A DNA stretch of 64,000 nt from Saccostrea echinata (lineage: Eukaryota), in the NCBI RefSeq assembly GCF_033153115.1, contig NW_026889764.1, positions 16,244,001 through 16,308,000 of the forward strand, given 5' to 3'. Every line of letters starts with the position of its first letter. The first letter of the stretch is position 1. Of the stretch, positions 14,106-26,099 are shown piece after piece. The notes under the pieces are model-generated. The model was not told the origin of the DNA, ran no database searches, and worked only from the letters and a program-made list of their open reading frames with translations. The translations under genes were made by a program, and so were the position numbers.

Positions 14106-15212
14106 ATGAATCGAGACTTTTTTCTTCCCCATAAATTATTTTACAACAGAAAACCTAGCTTAGCACAGGAGTGTTATCCTGGGGTTCGCAATGCTGTAGA
14201 AGACGATGTGGATGACGATTTTTTAGACGATGGAGATTATAAAATACTGGGTGTGAAACAGGAACTAGTGCCGAATAAAGCGGAAGAAGTGAAAGAGGAG
14301 ACTTCCGCTAAGGAAGAGGGCACACATGCTGGAATGTCACGAGACACCGATTCACGAAGTAGCCGTGGTTTCAGCCGAAGATTAGATGTATCATCACGTG
14401 TTCAAAGTCGAGAGTCCCTATACGCACCCTCCCTATCCTCCCCACGGCCCGATCAGCAGTATGATCCACGAAGGTCTCGTGTCACATCGTCCGGTCCTTC
14501 TACAAAGTGGCCGGTGTCTTTGGAACTTGCAGGCAAAAAGATTCAGGATCAAAATGAGAAGGTTTTACCTCAAGACAACGAAACTAAGGCACAAGAGAAA
14601 GCTGTGCCTGCGGAACCAGTTGCAGAGTTGAATGGTAAAACCGACGGACTGAACAAGATTCTTAGTGCTTCACATAATGGGATTCTCTCCTATTTACCGC
14701 CTCTCTCGCAATCCTTAATGAGACAAACTGCCACGCCATCGAAAAATAAAAAGATGTCATTTTCACCGACATTTTACGCAGATTACGGACTTCGAACTGA
14801 GAAAACGGACTCTTTTCCTGGACTTTTGTATCGTAGAAAACGAGAAAGGAGCAACCTGGAAATTGTGAAACAAGTAGAAAAGAAAGCAAATCGACATATC
14901 TACGCTTGTCAGGTGCTCGGCAGTTCTAAGCGAGGAAGCAAGGCTGCTCAAAGTGTAAACGCTTTGAAGCAGACTGTCGGACCGAAACAGATATCGACCT
15001 CAGAACTACCAACGAAGTATGTACGACAGAACTTAAACCAATCCCCTGAAAGACAAGCATCTTTTGTGGATGTTTCAAAACGAGCACCGTTTTCACTTTT
15101 CATTCGAACACGAGAATCTCCTGATTTTTCGCGTGTTCCACGTCATAAAACAGCGCCATTACCAGAAATTAATGGACGAACTCTAATTTTAGGATTTGAT
15201 GCTAAAGAATGA
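14106..15212 (+). CDS. Uncharacterized single-exon protein (~368 aa), acidic patch then Ser/Arg/Lys-rich, probably largely disordered
   Basis: 1.1-kb stop-free ORF with higher GC than its AT-rich flanks. First ATG at 14106 (MNRDFFLPHKLFYNRKPSL). No domain recognised. Confidence 0.7.
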   Translation: MNRDFFLPHKLFYNRKPSLAQECYPGVRNAVEDDVDDDFLDDGDYKILGVKQELVPNKAEEVKEETSAKEEGTHAGMSRDTDSRSSRGFSRRLDVSSRVQSRESLYAPSLSSPRPDQQYDPRRSRVTSSGPSTKWPVSLELAGKKIQDQNEKVLPQDNETKAQEKAVPAEPVAELNGKTDGLNKILSASHNGILSYLPPLSQSLMRQTATPSKNKKMSFSPTFYADYGLRTEKTDSFPGLLYRRKRERSNLEIVKQVEKKANRHIYACQVLGSSKRGSKAAQSVNALKQTVGPKQISTSELPTKYVRQNLNQSPERQASFVDVSKRAPFSLFIRTRESPDFSRVPRHKTAPLPEINGRTLILGFDAKE

Positions 15213-17448
15213 ATTCCTTGGATAAATCCTCTTTGATAAATTACCACTTATATATATCTGTGTACATTTTTGGAAGGAATAACAACGTTATGTAAATGAG
15301 AGCAGCATGTAGACATCGAGTTATCTACTGCATGTTCGTGAGAATTAGGCAGTTGTAAAACATATTCCGAAATTTAACAGTCAAGTCAAAATGTGCCTGG
15401 CTGTATAAATGAACAAAGATCTGAAAGATTGTATACAATACCGCTCTAAACCTTTGTGCGTAATACTGAGTATTAGAATTTTATGTGTGTTTGGTTAATC
15501 AATGAGCAAAATGAGCACTGTTATTTCAAAGAATTTTGACATTTTAATGAATAACATTTATTCGAGTCCTTTGTGTATTTTGTAAATAATGACAATACTT
15601 AAGTCAGAAACAATTATTGCAATATACCTATTGTAAAATCTCATAATGCAATCTGTTCATTTGATAATATTGCACAGATCTCTTAGTATTAACATGATTA
15701 ATATTACATTTGTGTACATGGTATGTAAATGGTCCATCATAAGTGAAATCGACCACATGCAAGGATTCTGTCCAAGGGACTCGAACTACATTGTTATCAT
15801 ACAAGGTGTTATTTGTTCAATTTAAAATTTCTTCTTTTTCCCCCTATTCACGAACTGGATAAACTCAGGTTATACAAATTAAAATTTAAATGATCTACGA
15901 CGTGTTTTAATGGTCTTTATTCAAACAGGAATTAGAGCCCAAACGCATTTAAATCTATGGATTATGGTAAATTGAAACGGTCAATGAATAGTAGACAGAT
16001 ATAATATACGATTTAATAAGCATGTATAAGTCCTCCATGCATGTGCCCGTTTTGTCCCCGAAATTCCCTTCAGGTATATCAAAATCGTTATCAATATGCT
16101 CAATTATAAGCTTCAGTGGAAATAGTTAACGAATTAATAAATTTAAATCTGGCACTAAGTATTCCTGTAAAAACTTGATTCCATGCTTGACACGTTGAGG
16201 TAGTCATGGTTGACTTATTAAAATGATACCACTTCATCTCTTTAATAACCTAAGCGAATTAATTTACATTGCAAATTTGCAATGCAAAATACCGTACAAA
16301 ATACTGTACAAATAGCCAAATTGAACACACCAATTACAACAAACTTTTGTATCATTTTATTTCTAATACTCATTCATGAGACATGTTCCCGAACTAATTT
16401 AAGCATCAGATAGGAAACACCTTGTTGCCTTTTTGTGGGCATTTAAAAAAGTCAAAAAAGTTCTTAGAAACACAATCTCTCAGAGATCATTAATTAGATT
16501 TACAGACATGAAGAAAAATTTTGAGGTTACAATTGTGGGTAGTCAAAGCATATTTTTCGATTCCTATTATGTTAATGAAATATATTGGTATGATTCTGTT
16601 AAGGAATTTACTGCCATAAAATTAATTTGAGGAAAGTGTTATATATAAATAATGTACATGTAATTGATACTCATAATACTGTCATTCACTTCTTCCAACT
16701 TTAAGGCACAGTCCACTTGAATCTCATACATTGTAGTAGGAAATCTTTACTTTACAAGGATTATCTATGTCTACATAGTGGTATTTTGATGTTTATTTAC
16801 ACCACCATGTGACACTGACAGGGACTTGTAAATAATGTTATTTAGGAATAGCAATTAAATGTTGACTTGACATGCTCCCTTTCCTTTGGTCTATCAAGTA
16901 CTGGAGAGTAGATAATTCTCCTTAACATACATGTAGTACTTAATTTACAACAATATTTATGTAGTAGTATCTTAAAGAAATATTTCTAGAACATCAAAAT
17001 ACTAAAATTTAAATATGTAACAGAATGCTGTACACTGCAGGTAATAAATCTGCAGATACAAATATTTATAAAGGTGCATGTTTTATGTCAGTAACATCAC
17101 AAATCCATCAAAATCATGTGTATAATGGTTGAAAAGAAAATATTATTTTGTTTTACTTTAGATCATCACAAGCATAAGTAAATTTTCCCTCAGAGGGAGT
17201 CTTAAGTAAAAGTCACCATTTGTTATTCTGCACAATATTCCACAGTGTTTTGCACAAACCTAACACAGCTTGTACTGACCATTAATTAGCCAAAATAGAC
17301 ACTCTAAGGACAAGATATAAGTTGTATGTAGTTCTATCACTGTCTACTCTGCCCATCTGAAACAGTTTTAGTTTAACCTTGGTTTTCCATATGTATCATG
17401 CTGCACACCTCTTCATCATTAAAATGACCTTCCATGACCTGTATGTAC

Positions 17449-20400
17449 TTATGTGACCTCTGAACATGTCTCCATGGCAGCAGGTTTATTGCAATCATTT
17501 ACACTGGCTGGACCATCACAACTGTTCTTATCTGGAAGATCTACATTTTTAAACGAGGAAAATAAAATACAAAATTCATCACCAAGATACAATGTAATTT
17601 TTTAAAAAGCTTTCAATTCTGATTTTATACATCTTGAATGTTCTCATCTACACTTGTACACGCAACAATGCAATACAAAAAACAATTAAATGAACTTATT
17701 GAAAAACAGTTCATTCACAAACCCAGTCTTTCCAATTTTAATAAATTTCACATTCAAGAAAAAAAATTCAAATGATTTTTCTTTTTTGTGAAGTTCATAT
17801 AATAAAGAATGCTACTTTAAAATTTTGTATTTTATTAATTCATTGTAAAAAAAAAAAAATCAAGCACACCTTGTGCAGGGAATTTGATATTAGCAAACCA
17901 TGTTTGACAGAACCGTTTTTGCTTGTCAAAGGGGGAAAGAGGCTTGAGAAAAAGTAGAAGACGATCCATGGACAAAAAAAGGTTTTTGGACTTGATTTTA
18001 ATGATTTGAACAAAAAAAAAAACATTTTGGTTTTCTGTGAACTTCAGCATTATATCTCTTTATATCAACTGGAGTTAGCATATTAATAGGACTGAATAAA
18101 TCTTTTCTTATATTAGAACTTTACCTTGTTGACTTGTACTAGCGTTAGAAGTTTCTGATTTCTCAGCATTTGTGGAGCTCTCTTTTATTTTTGGTGAGAT
18201 GAAGGTTCTGTGCATATCTAATTTTCTATCTAGGCATGATACAAATTCTAGTCCCACATGATTTTTTGAATCTTCTGCATTATTTCCATCTGAAAATATT
18301 AGATTTAAGCATGATTGCATATTTTGTTACTTATTACATCTGTTCTAAGAGAGATAACTCATACTCTATGTAATTCTCTTCTATTCAATATGGTTAACTT
18401 ACCTGCTAACATGTAAAAATAAAAAGAAAAAACTCTCAACACAAAAGAAATATGTTCTTTTGGACTTTGAGAAAATTGTGTCAAATACATGTAATTAGGA
18501 TCTCCAATCGTTTGTGGACGGATATGATTTTTATCCAACAAGTTTGTGTTTTCTATCTGTCGAGTGAGAGCTTAATTGGAGAGGCCGAGAGAGGATAGAA
18601 AAGATCAACACACAGTGAGTTGGATCAAAACATATCCTACATTACGTACCACAATCCATGGGAGTTTTTCTATAATTTGTTTACACATACAGGTACATGT
18701 AGGCTATCACATGTTTAAACTATATCCACTGTATAAGGGAGTAAACATATGGTAAAAGTGTATATGCATTGAGTTTTATCTAATTTAACTTCAAGATAGG
18801 GTACCAGCCATAAGGTAAAAAAATTATTTTAAATTAGGAAAAAGAACATGCAACCCAAATTCAGATCATGTCATTTACTTTTGATTCCTGCTTACACTAT
18901 TTGTTTGGGCCATGGATATTGGCCTGGGTAGCTAAGTCAGTAGAGCATCTGATGCAGGGGACCCGGGTTCGATTCCCAGTCCAGCCACAAATTTTCTCCT
19001 TTCCTGTTACAGATTTGGTGCCGTTGACCACCCCTGGACTTGCAGATGAAAGTCCTGCCTGGGGCAAATAAGAAGTTGGGTTGTGTCTTTGAGGGTGAAA
19101 ACAATTTAAGGAGGAAGGAATGTAATGGTTTGGACCATGGATATCAGCCTGGGTAGCTCAGTCGGTAGAGCACCTGACTAGTGATGCAGGGGTCCCAGGT
19201 TCCATACCCAGTCCAGCCATACATTTTCTCCTTTCCTGTTACACCCTAAAGGGCAGATCACTCCTACTTCATAAATAAAAAATCTTAAATTCAGTGAGCA
19301 GTACTGTTTAGAGCTTCCTTAAGTTTAACTTTTGTTTAAAAAAAAAAAAATCAGAGAGAACACATTAACTTTCAGATTTTAAATATTCCAAGAATTTGTG
19401 ACATCTACTAAGAGTCAACTATGAACAAATGAAGTTTAGGAAAATTAATTTCAAACATTCTAAGAGCATTGCCCTATAAGGCTGACAAAGTTCACTTTTA
19501 AGTAAAACAACATCATAATCATGGATAACACATTGGTAAACACAACAGAAAACATTGTTACACACATTTTTATTGAAAGGAAATGAAGATCTTACAGATA
19601 AATGCATACAAGATGCTTTTATTTTTTATTTTACATCGAAGATTGCTAACACATATGGGGGTTTGACTCTTACTTGAATAAATACTGTAATCATTTTGTT
19701 AAAAGTTTATAATCAGACTAAGAATCGGATAGTGAGACTAAGAATTAATTCTGCATGGCTAAAAAAGGAGATTTAATTATCATCTTCCCTAAGCAGCATG
19801 TATCTAAATTCCACCCATCAGTCATTATATAAAACTTGTAAAAGTTTCTACCTTCAGGCTTTTTTTCCTCAAGAATTAGATAGGATCCCATGGGTGGTAC
19901 ATATTTTCCAGAAAATGTGTAGTCATCCAGTTGCAGATGGGGTGTCTCTGTTCCTATTCCCTGGAGAAAAATTTTTTTTTTTTTTATTTGACAGATATTT
20001 GAATTATATTGCATCAAAAATACTTCTAACAATTCATTATTTGAATGACTCTTTCATAGTTATTTTCATATAACTCAAATAAATGGAATGCTAAGGTGCA
20101 AATGAAATATTATGCAAATACATAATGTTTAAATTTTTAATACTTAAGGTATAGATAGGTTTTAGTTCCAACTCACTAGAACTTTGCATTTGCCTTCTGC
20201 TTTCTGGAGAAAATCTGGTTCTAGAATCCCATGAAGTTCGACCAACAAACACTGCTCCTTAATTACAAAAAGAAAACATTTAATATAGGGAATGTAAAGG
20301 TTCTTCTCCCCCAATGATTCCTTCAATTAAAGGTTTTTAAAATTATATACTTAGTCTGGGACATTATTATTTGTAGACTTCATATCATTAAAAAATTGCA

Positions 20401-22041
20401 TTAACTATAATGTCAATCATGTCAATAGTTAGTCTAGATATGATGCCAGAAAATTTTAAAAATTCCAAATTCTCATGATTTTAAGAGAAAATGGGGTATT
20501 TAAGGTTAACGCTTGATTAGGAAACTGTGTAAACATTGAGTACATGTCTGTCTAGACTCACTCTTTTTTCACAAAGGGGCTCAGAAATGCTCTTGAACTT
20601 CTGATAAATTGAATATAGCACACAATCAAAGCATACATGTATATGGGTTCATCGTCACAGGCCACAGTTTCACGAGTTTTGTTTTCATTCTATATTCATG
20701 ATTTATTCATGAGAACAAGAGAAGTTAACATCACGCAGCCACAAATTTGTGAAAAGAGAATGGATTGACACAAAACTTGTGGCTTGCAAAGATGATATAA
20801 GTTCCAAGGTGCATCAACTGACAATATTTCTACCCAGTGGCGTAGCTTGTGAGGCAAAACCATACATGTTGCAGCAAGAGGTCTGGGCCGCCTTAAGCCC
20901 CCAGCAGGTTCCGGGTGTTGTCATGGGAGGGGGGCACTCCGACAGAAAATGGAATTGCGGGTTTTAAAATGCAATGAAATTTCATTTGCTGTACTGGTTT
21001 CTTTATTTAAGACTTCAGCATGATATTACATATTGTGAAAGAATGCAAAAGAGCTAATAAATATGTTTACTAAAACTTCTGAAACATTTAAAGGTGAAAG
21101 CGCATCTTATTAAACTTGCTTTTATTTCTTTATATCTTCAATTCAACATTATAGAACTGCTTAAAATGTTAAAAGATATGCCATTAATTTTACGTATTAT
21201 CTGCAATGTATTGTTGATTATGGAAAGGGGTGGTTGTGGTGAAAAATCTAGTGAGGCAGTTGCCTCATTGCCACAATGGAAGCTACATGTACGCCCCTGC
21301 TACCGATCCAACTAGATAGAACGTTCTATCGTTAAAATGATATTGTCCTACGGACCCGGTTTAACGATAGAATTCGTTCCGTGTATTGGCAATGTAGCAA
21401 AATAAACACGGGCGATAACTCGAACTCTGTGCATTTTCTATAAACAATCCAGAGAGTTCCGAATGTCAACATGGCGTTAAATTTGAAGCGAGGAAAAAAC
21501 GTTGAGAAAATGAGTTGAATTTTCGTATTTATATGGATTATTTTTTAGGTTAAAAGGCATATACAATCTCAAAAAGGTTTGTTATGATTAATTTGGTAGT
21601 TATTTTCAGTGCAACTCCTTTTGTATTCTTCAAAATCATTTCGGAGTGGATCCACTCCGATTTGCTACATTGCAAGTATATGGGACGTATTCTAACTGTG
21701 GTGAGGGCTTGTCCCGAGACACAGTTAGATTATTCTAACTACCGATCCAACATCTGATAGTTTCAATGTATGTATCAATCATACACTATTATATTAGGCA
21801 GATCATAAAATTTAAAAGTAAAGCTATATATGTTGACCCACTTTTTGGTTGCACAAGCCTTTACATCTTTTTTTCTGATGTGGGTCCCTTTCGATAGAAG
21901 GGTAGTCAAGGACGGATGATTTGCATAACTTAAGCCATAAGAATACATGCAGTACATGAGTATATTTGTGTTTAAGTGCAAGTACATTAAACTACACCAC
22001 GTCTTAAATACCTCTTCTTCCCATTCTTCTGATGAATCCAT
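17449..22041 (-). CDS. GTF3C6: General transcription factor 3C polypeptide 6 (TFIIIC35), ~158 aa, 5 exons
   Basis: Exons 22041-22012 (MDSSEEWEEE), 20257-20177 (EQCLLVELHGILEPDFLQKAEGKCKVL), 19960-19852 (GIGTETPHLQLDDYTFSGKYVPPMGSYLILEE), 18289-18125, 17540-17449. GT-AG introns in phase, total 477 nt. The EEEEQxxLVELxGI...CKVLGIxTExPxLQLxxYxFxGxY pattern is characteristic of the TFIIIC_sub6 domain. Confidence 0.88.
18896..19243 (+). mobile_element. TRIM (miniature LTR retrotransposon) with tRNA-derived sequence in both terminal repeats
   Basis: Direct repeats ~18896-19011 and 19121-19243; the 3' copy runs TGTAA...TTACA. PBS TGGTGCCGTTGACC at 19016 and polypurine tract AAGGAGGAAGGAA at 19108-19120. 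Both repeats contain a tRNA-like segment with A/B boxes. Confidence 0.85.
19147..19219 (+). pseudogene. tRNA-like (Thr-AGT-like) sequence within the TRIM 3' repeat; not a functional tRNA
   Basis: A box TAGCTCAGTCGG, anticodon loop CTAGTGA, degenerate B box GGTTCCATACC, imperfect acceptor stem. The 5' copy lacks the anticodon loop. Confidence 0.6.
20835..21299. mobile_element. MITE with 5-bp TSD (hAT5-like) in GTF3C6 intron 1
   Basis: TIRs CAGTGGCGTAGC / GCTA[CATGTA]CGCCCCTG; TSD CTACC on both sides. Confidence 0.75.
21313..21741. mobile_element. MITE with 10-bp TSD (Mutator-like by TSD length)
   Basis: TSD CCGATCCAAC at 21303-21312 and 21742-21751. Termini TAGATAGAAC/ATTCTAACTA, subterminal inverted repeat GCAATGTAGCAAA/TTTGCTACATTGC, and a hairpin at each end. 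Confidence 0.75.
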
Positions 22042-22484
22042 TTCTCATTCTTCGATTCTCACCACTCTTTCAGTCAGACAGTCTTTGAGTCTTTCGTCTA
22101 CTTTCACTTTTCCTGCGTTTAGTACACCGATCCCGATGTATTTGTGTCGGGCGAGAGGGTCGCAAAAAATTTGGCAATTCTCGTCGCTCCAGTGAGAATA
22201 CAGTTTTTTAACCCAACACGCTTTTGTGAACTTATTAATTTTACATTTGAAAATAAACACATTGCTACTAAACAAAGGCGCAAACAAAAGATTTGATGAA
22301 GATATGCAATTCAATATTAGTCAAAGTTTTTAATATTCACATATAACTTACTTTGTAGTCCATAGTTGCTCCCCCTTTTTGCACCAATATCAACCTTAAT
22401 GCAACAAATATGTTTTGAACTAAATCCTCAAAGGAACTTTATTTTGGAAATTTAGCACCATTCTAGCTAGAGTGCCTTCGCATA

Positions 22485-22816
22485 CATAGGGGCTTGTCTT
22501 CCGGATTCTTTAATGTAAAATAAATTTCAAAAAAATTGAATTTTCTTTAAATACACTTAAAAGTTGTTAAAACAGAGATTCTGACACTTCTAGTCAAGAA
22601 AAACCATGTTTTTAAATGACGTACATGTACCACACCTATATACATATAAACTCTACAGTTATGTATATAGGTGTGGTACGTCTTTTTTAAACGTGGTTTT
22701 TCTTTACTGATAAAAGTGTCAGAATCTCTATTTTAACAACTTCTAAGTGTATTTAAAGAAGATATGATTTTTAAAATTTATTTTACATTTAACAATCCGG
22801 AAGACAAGCCCTTATG
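22485..22816. mobile_element. Foldback (almost fully palindromic) MITE upstream of GTF3C6
   Basis: Arms of ~160 bp, GGGCTTGTCTTCCGGATT...AATCCGGAAGACAAGCCC, around a short spacer at ~22648-22658; TA at both flanks. Confidence 0.85.
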
Positions 22817-23071
22817 TTCGCATATCTTTATTACTGGCAACTCAGAGGAAACATGTGAGAATGACACTTGGAATAGAACTTGCTTTATTTGGTATGTCAG
22901 GTTATTGTATTTGAACCAATATTCAATGAAAGATGCTATAGGTCAATAAGATAAGCAAAACATCAGCAACATTACCAAGTGGTGCTAACAAAACAAAGAA
23001 AATGTTTGAAAATGCCCAGAAAAGAGGAATATAAAGACAAGGAACATGTATAACACCCCATCCTAAAATGA

Positions 23072-23077
<6 letters not shown>

Positions 23078-23132
<55 letters not shown>
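23078..23132. repeat. (GA)n microsatellite
   Basis: Seen directly in the sequence. Confidence 0.95.
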
Positions 23133-23135
<3 letters not shown>

Positions 23136-26099
23136 TAAAACCCCAAAACATTGCAATTTATACACTCTGAATAAATGACGAAATGATCAAGAACCTGGGG
23201 AGATAATTATTTATAGTCAATTTCCGAAAATTGGAACACCAGTGACACAACTGAATAATTCAAGTTCAAAGCAGTATTTTTTTCACTTAAAAGAAAAAAT
23301 AAATTTATTATTATTATTTTTTTTGTGACACACATGCCTTACCTTCCACAATCATGGTTGTTATGGCCTTGGATTCGGGAACAGATCTAAGGGAATTTAT
23401 CTGTGAGTTTGAATCCTATTTAAATAATATACCTTTTTTTCTCAAGATGTAGATGAATTCCAAAGGCTGACCAAGATTCCCCTAAAACCATCAACAAGTT
23501 AAGTTCAAAAGTATACCCCCTCCAAGGGACTCTTAGGTTAGTACATGTACATGCAACTTGTAAAAAATAAAAAGATACTTATGCTAATTATGCATGGTTT
23601 TCTCTTTTTATTGATAAAATAAAATTTCATTGTTTGTAAGAAACGAAATGGTAAAAAAAAAACAACTAATGTATAGTTAATTTTAAAAAAAGCAATTTTT
23701 TAAACCTATCTTTCAGCTCAAACATTTAGAGAAATTAAATTGAAGTGGATGGGGTATTCTTTTAAAGAGACATATTTAATTAAAGTCTGACGACACGTTT
23801 TTCGTATATCTGATTTTGTATCCCTTTGTAATATACCGACAATATTTATTGTTATCTTTTGATTTCTAAGCTTTTTTCAAAATGTCTTTCAAAATTTAAA
23901 CACCAAAATTTGGATATCTTCCTAAGAGCTAGGATTGTATAGGAAATATCATTCTCTGATATCTTCGCAAACGATGGTAAGGTACCGTACCCCAATTTTC
24001 TGTGAGAAAACATGTTAAAGTAGAAATTCTTCAACCATGCACAATCATCGGGGGGGGGGGGGGGTTGTTACATGTTACATGTGCATATGTATCCTGGTTA
24101 TATTCATACTATATCTCTAAGTAAGGAAATACTATAGTATATTAGACATATTTGTAATAGTAAAAAATAAATAAATTTTTAATGAAAATGGACCTTCCTC
24201 GTATAGAAGTGCAGTCTTTTTATACGAAAAGGCACAGCGTTATTGGTCCATTTAGCATTTAAATGTTGAAAACTTTAAATTTACTGGTTGGCATTATATA
24301 CAAAATCTACGACACGATATATGTATAAATTTGAAATTTATCCCTTATAAGTAAATTCAAAGTTAACATGTTAAACATGTATGACCTAAATGCGATCATG
24401 TTCGACTGAGTAATTAAATTCAAAGCAATCACAGAGTTTAACTGGATTTATGAAATATTAAATCTTTTTTCCCATGAATGATATCACCGACTCGGTTATA
24501 AATACTTAATTGGTATTAGTGAAACCAGAATTAACAAAGCCGGGTGGCATCGAAATTAAATGCTTAACTGAAATAACCGAGAGGACAGATTATTATTTAT
24601 TTGTTTGGGATTATATGAAGTTTATTCATACAAGGGAGATTTAATCGGCTAAAATTGGCGAACCCAAATTGACCTCACAATTTGTCGTTAACCATGTATG
24701 TAAAAACTAAAAGGGAAATTTCTTAATAACATATTATTAGGAAGAAAACGTGAAAGTCCCCCCCCCCCCTCCCCGATATTACAGAATTCTATTAAATTTT
24801 CAATCTAAATCAGATTCAAAACAACTGTAGAAATATAAATTGTTTTTCTACATACTATAAGAGGCTGTTAAACGTTTTATATTTAGTAAATAGAATCATT
24901 AAATCGAGAGAAAAAAAATCGCTTAATCAAAATCCATCAGTGTTAGACAAATAAATGCCGACATATACCTCAATAAATTTAAATCAAGCAATTATAAGAC
25001 TCCATTTGCAATCTACAAACCCTGCTTTGCGGGGATGCCTATATACACAAAACTTTTGAACTTCTAAAGTGAATTGGAGTGAATGTTTGTATTTCGTACC
25101 CCGTTATCGCAATATTTCAGTATGCTAACACTTAGATTAAATGAAATTGAATATCACTCAGTCACACGGGGAATACCGGGCCATTACAAAGGAAATATAC
25201 TTAAAATGCTTTTAAAATCCTGACACAATTGAAATAAATTTGAAGTCTGCGTAAAAAATTGACATGTCGAACTATCTTAAGGCAAAGACTTTCTTCTGTG
25301 TAAACTGTCAGAGAAAAATTGACAAATAATGTAGCGATAGATATGCGACAAAAAGTAATAGCTTTTTGAAAGGACTGGTTTGAAAAACTGTGTGACTTTC
25401 GATGGAGAAAATATTGCTTGCCTTGATTTATCACATGCTTTGATCGTTATTGGCTGGTTGACTTATATGGAGAAAAATCAAAGTTGATGTAAGCTTTTGC
25501 CATGGAAAACTGCATGCACGTTAAAGCCCTTTAATCGCCTTGTATAAACTTTCACGAACGCATTAGTTAAAACCAATTTTATATGTTTAAATTCCTGTGT
25601 TATATTGCTTTCATACTGTGATTGGAAATCATTCAATGGATCGTGAACTTCTGTAACAGTTTTGGATATTTCTATTGTCTGGTAAACTTTCCCTTTTCTT
25701 TTAATTTTTCAACCGAAATCTAGTGAAAAATGTGTATTCCGTCCGTCCCTAGTGTATAAGCGTGGACAAGGAGATTTCAGTGTTATTAAAAGATTTAATG
25801 CAGGATTATCAAAAAGTCAGGAGTGGCAATTTTAACCTATATGAAAGCAATAAACACGTTTTTGTCAACATAGCAAGTGGGATTTAGAGGTATTATGGCC
25901 TAAAATTAATTTTGAAAATAACTTGCCTGCTAAATATAGGAGAAGAAGAAGTTATTTGTTTCTTGGTCGTAAAAAGTGTTAAGAAGAATTGGAGAGTTAT
26001 TCATGTAACTGGAATGCTTTGGACATTTAGGCAACAAATTAGAGATTTGTAGAAAATTTGATAATATTAATATCAGCGTTAATCGAGCCAAAGACAGAG

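Noticed and set aside
18921-19219. Two functional tRNA genes
   Set aside because: One lacks the anticodon loop and the other has a broken B box and poor acceptor stem. Both are parts of TRIM terminal repeats.
22923-23165. Short ORFs with LSLSLS, YYYY or IYIYIY runs (also 34390 and 60204)
   Set aside because: Artefacts of microsatellite translation.
25494-25510. X-box upstream of the TPR gene (TTTGCCATGGAAAAC)
   Set aside because: Imperfect single match, and the TSS is unknown.
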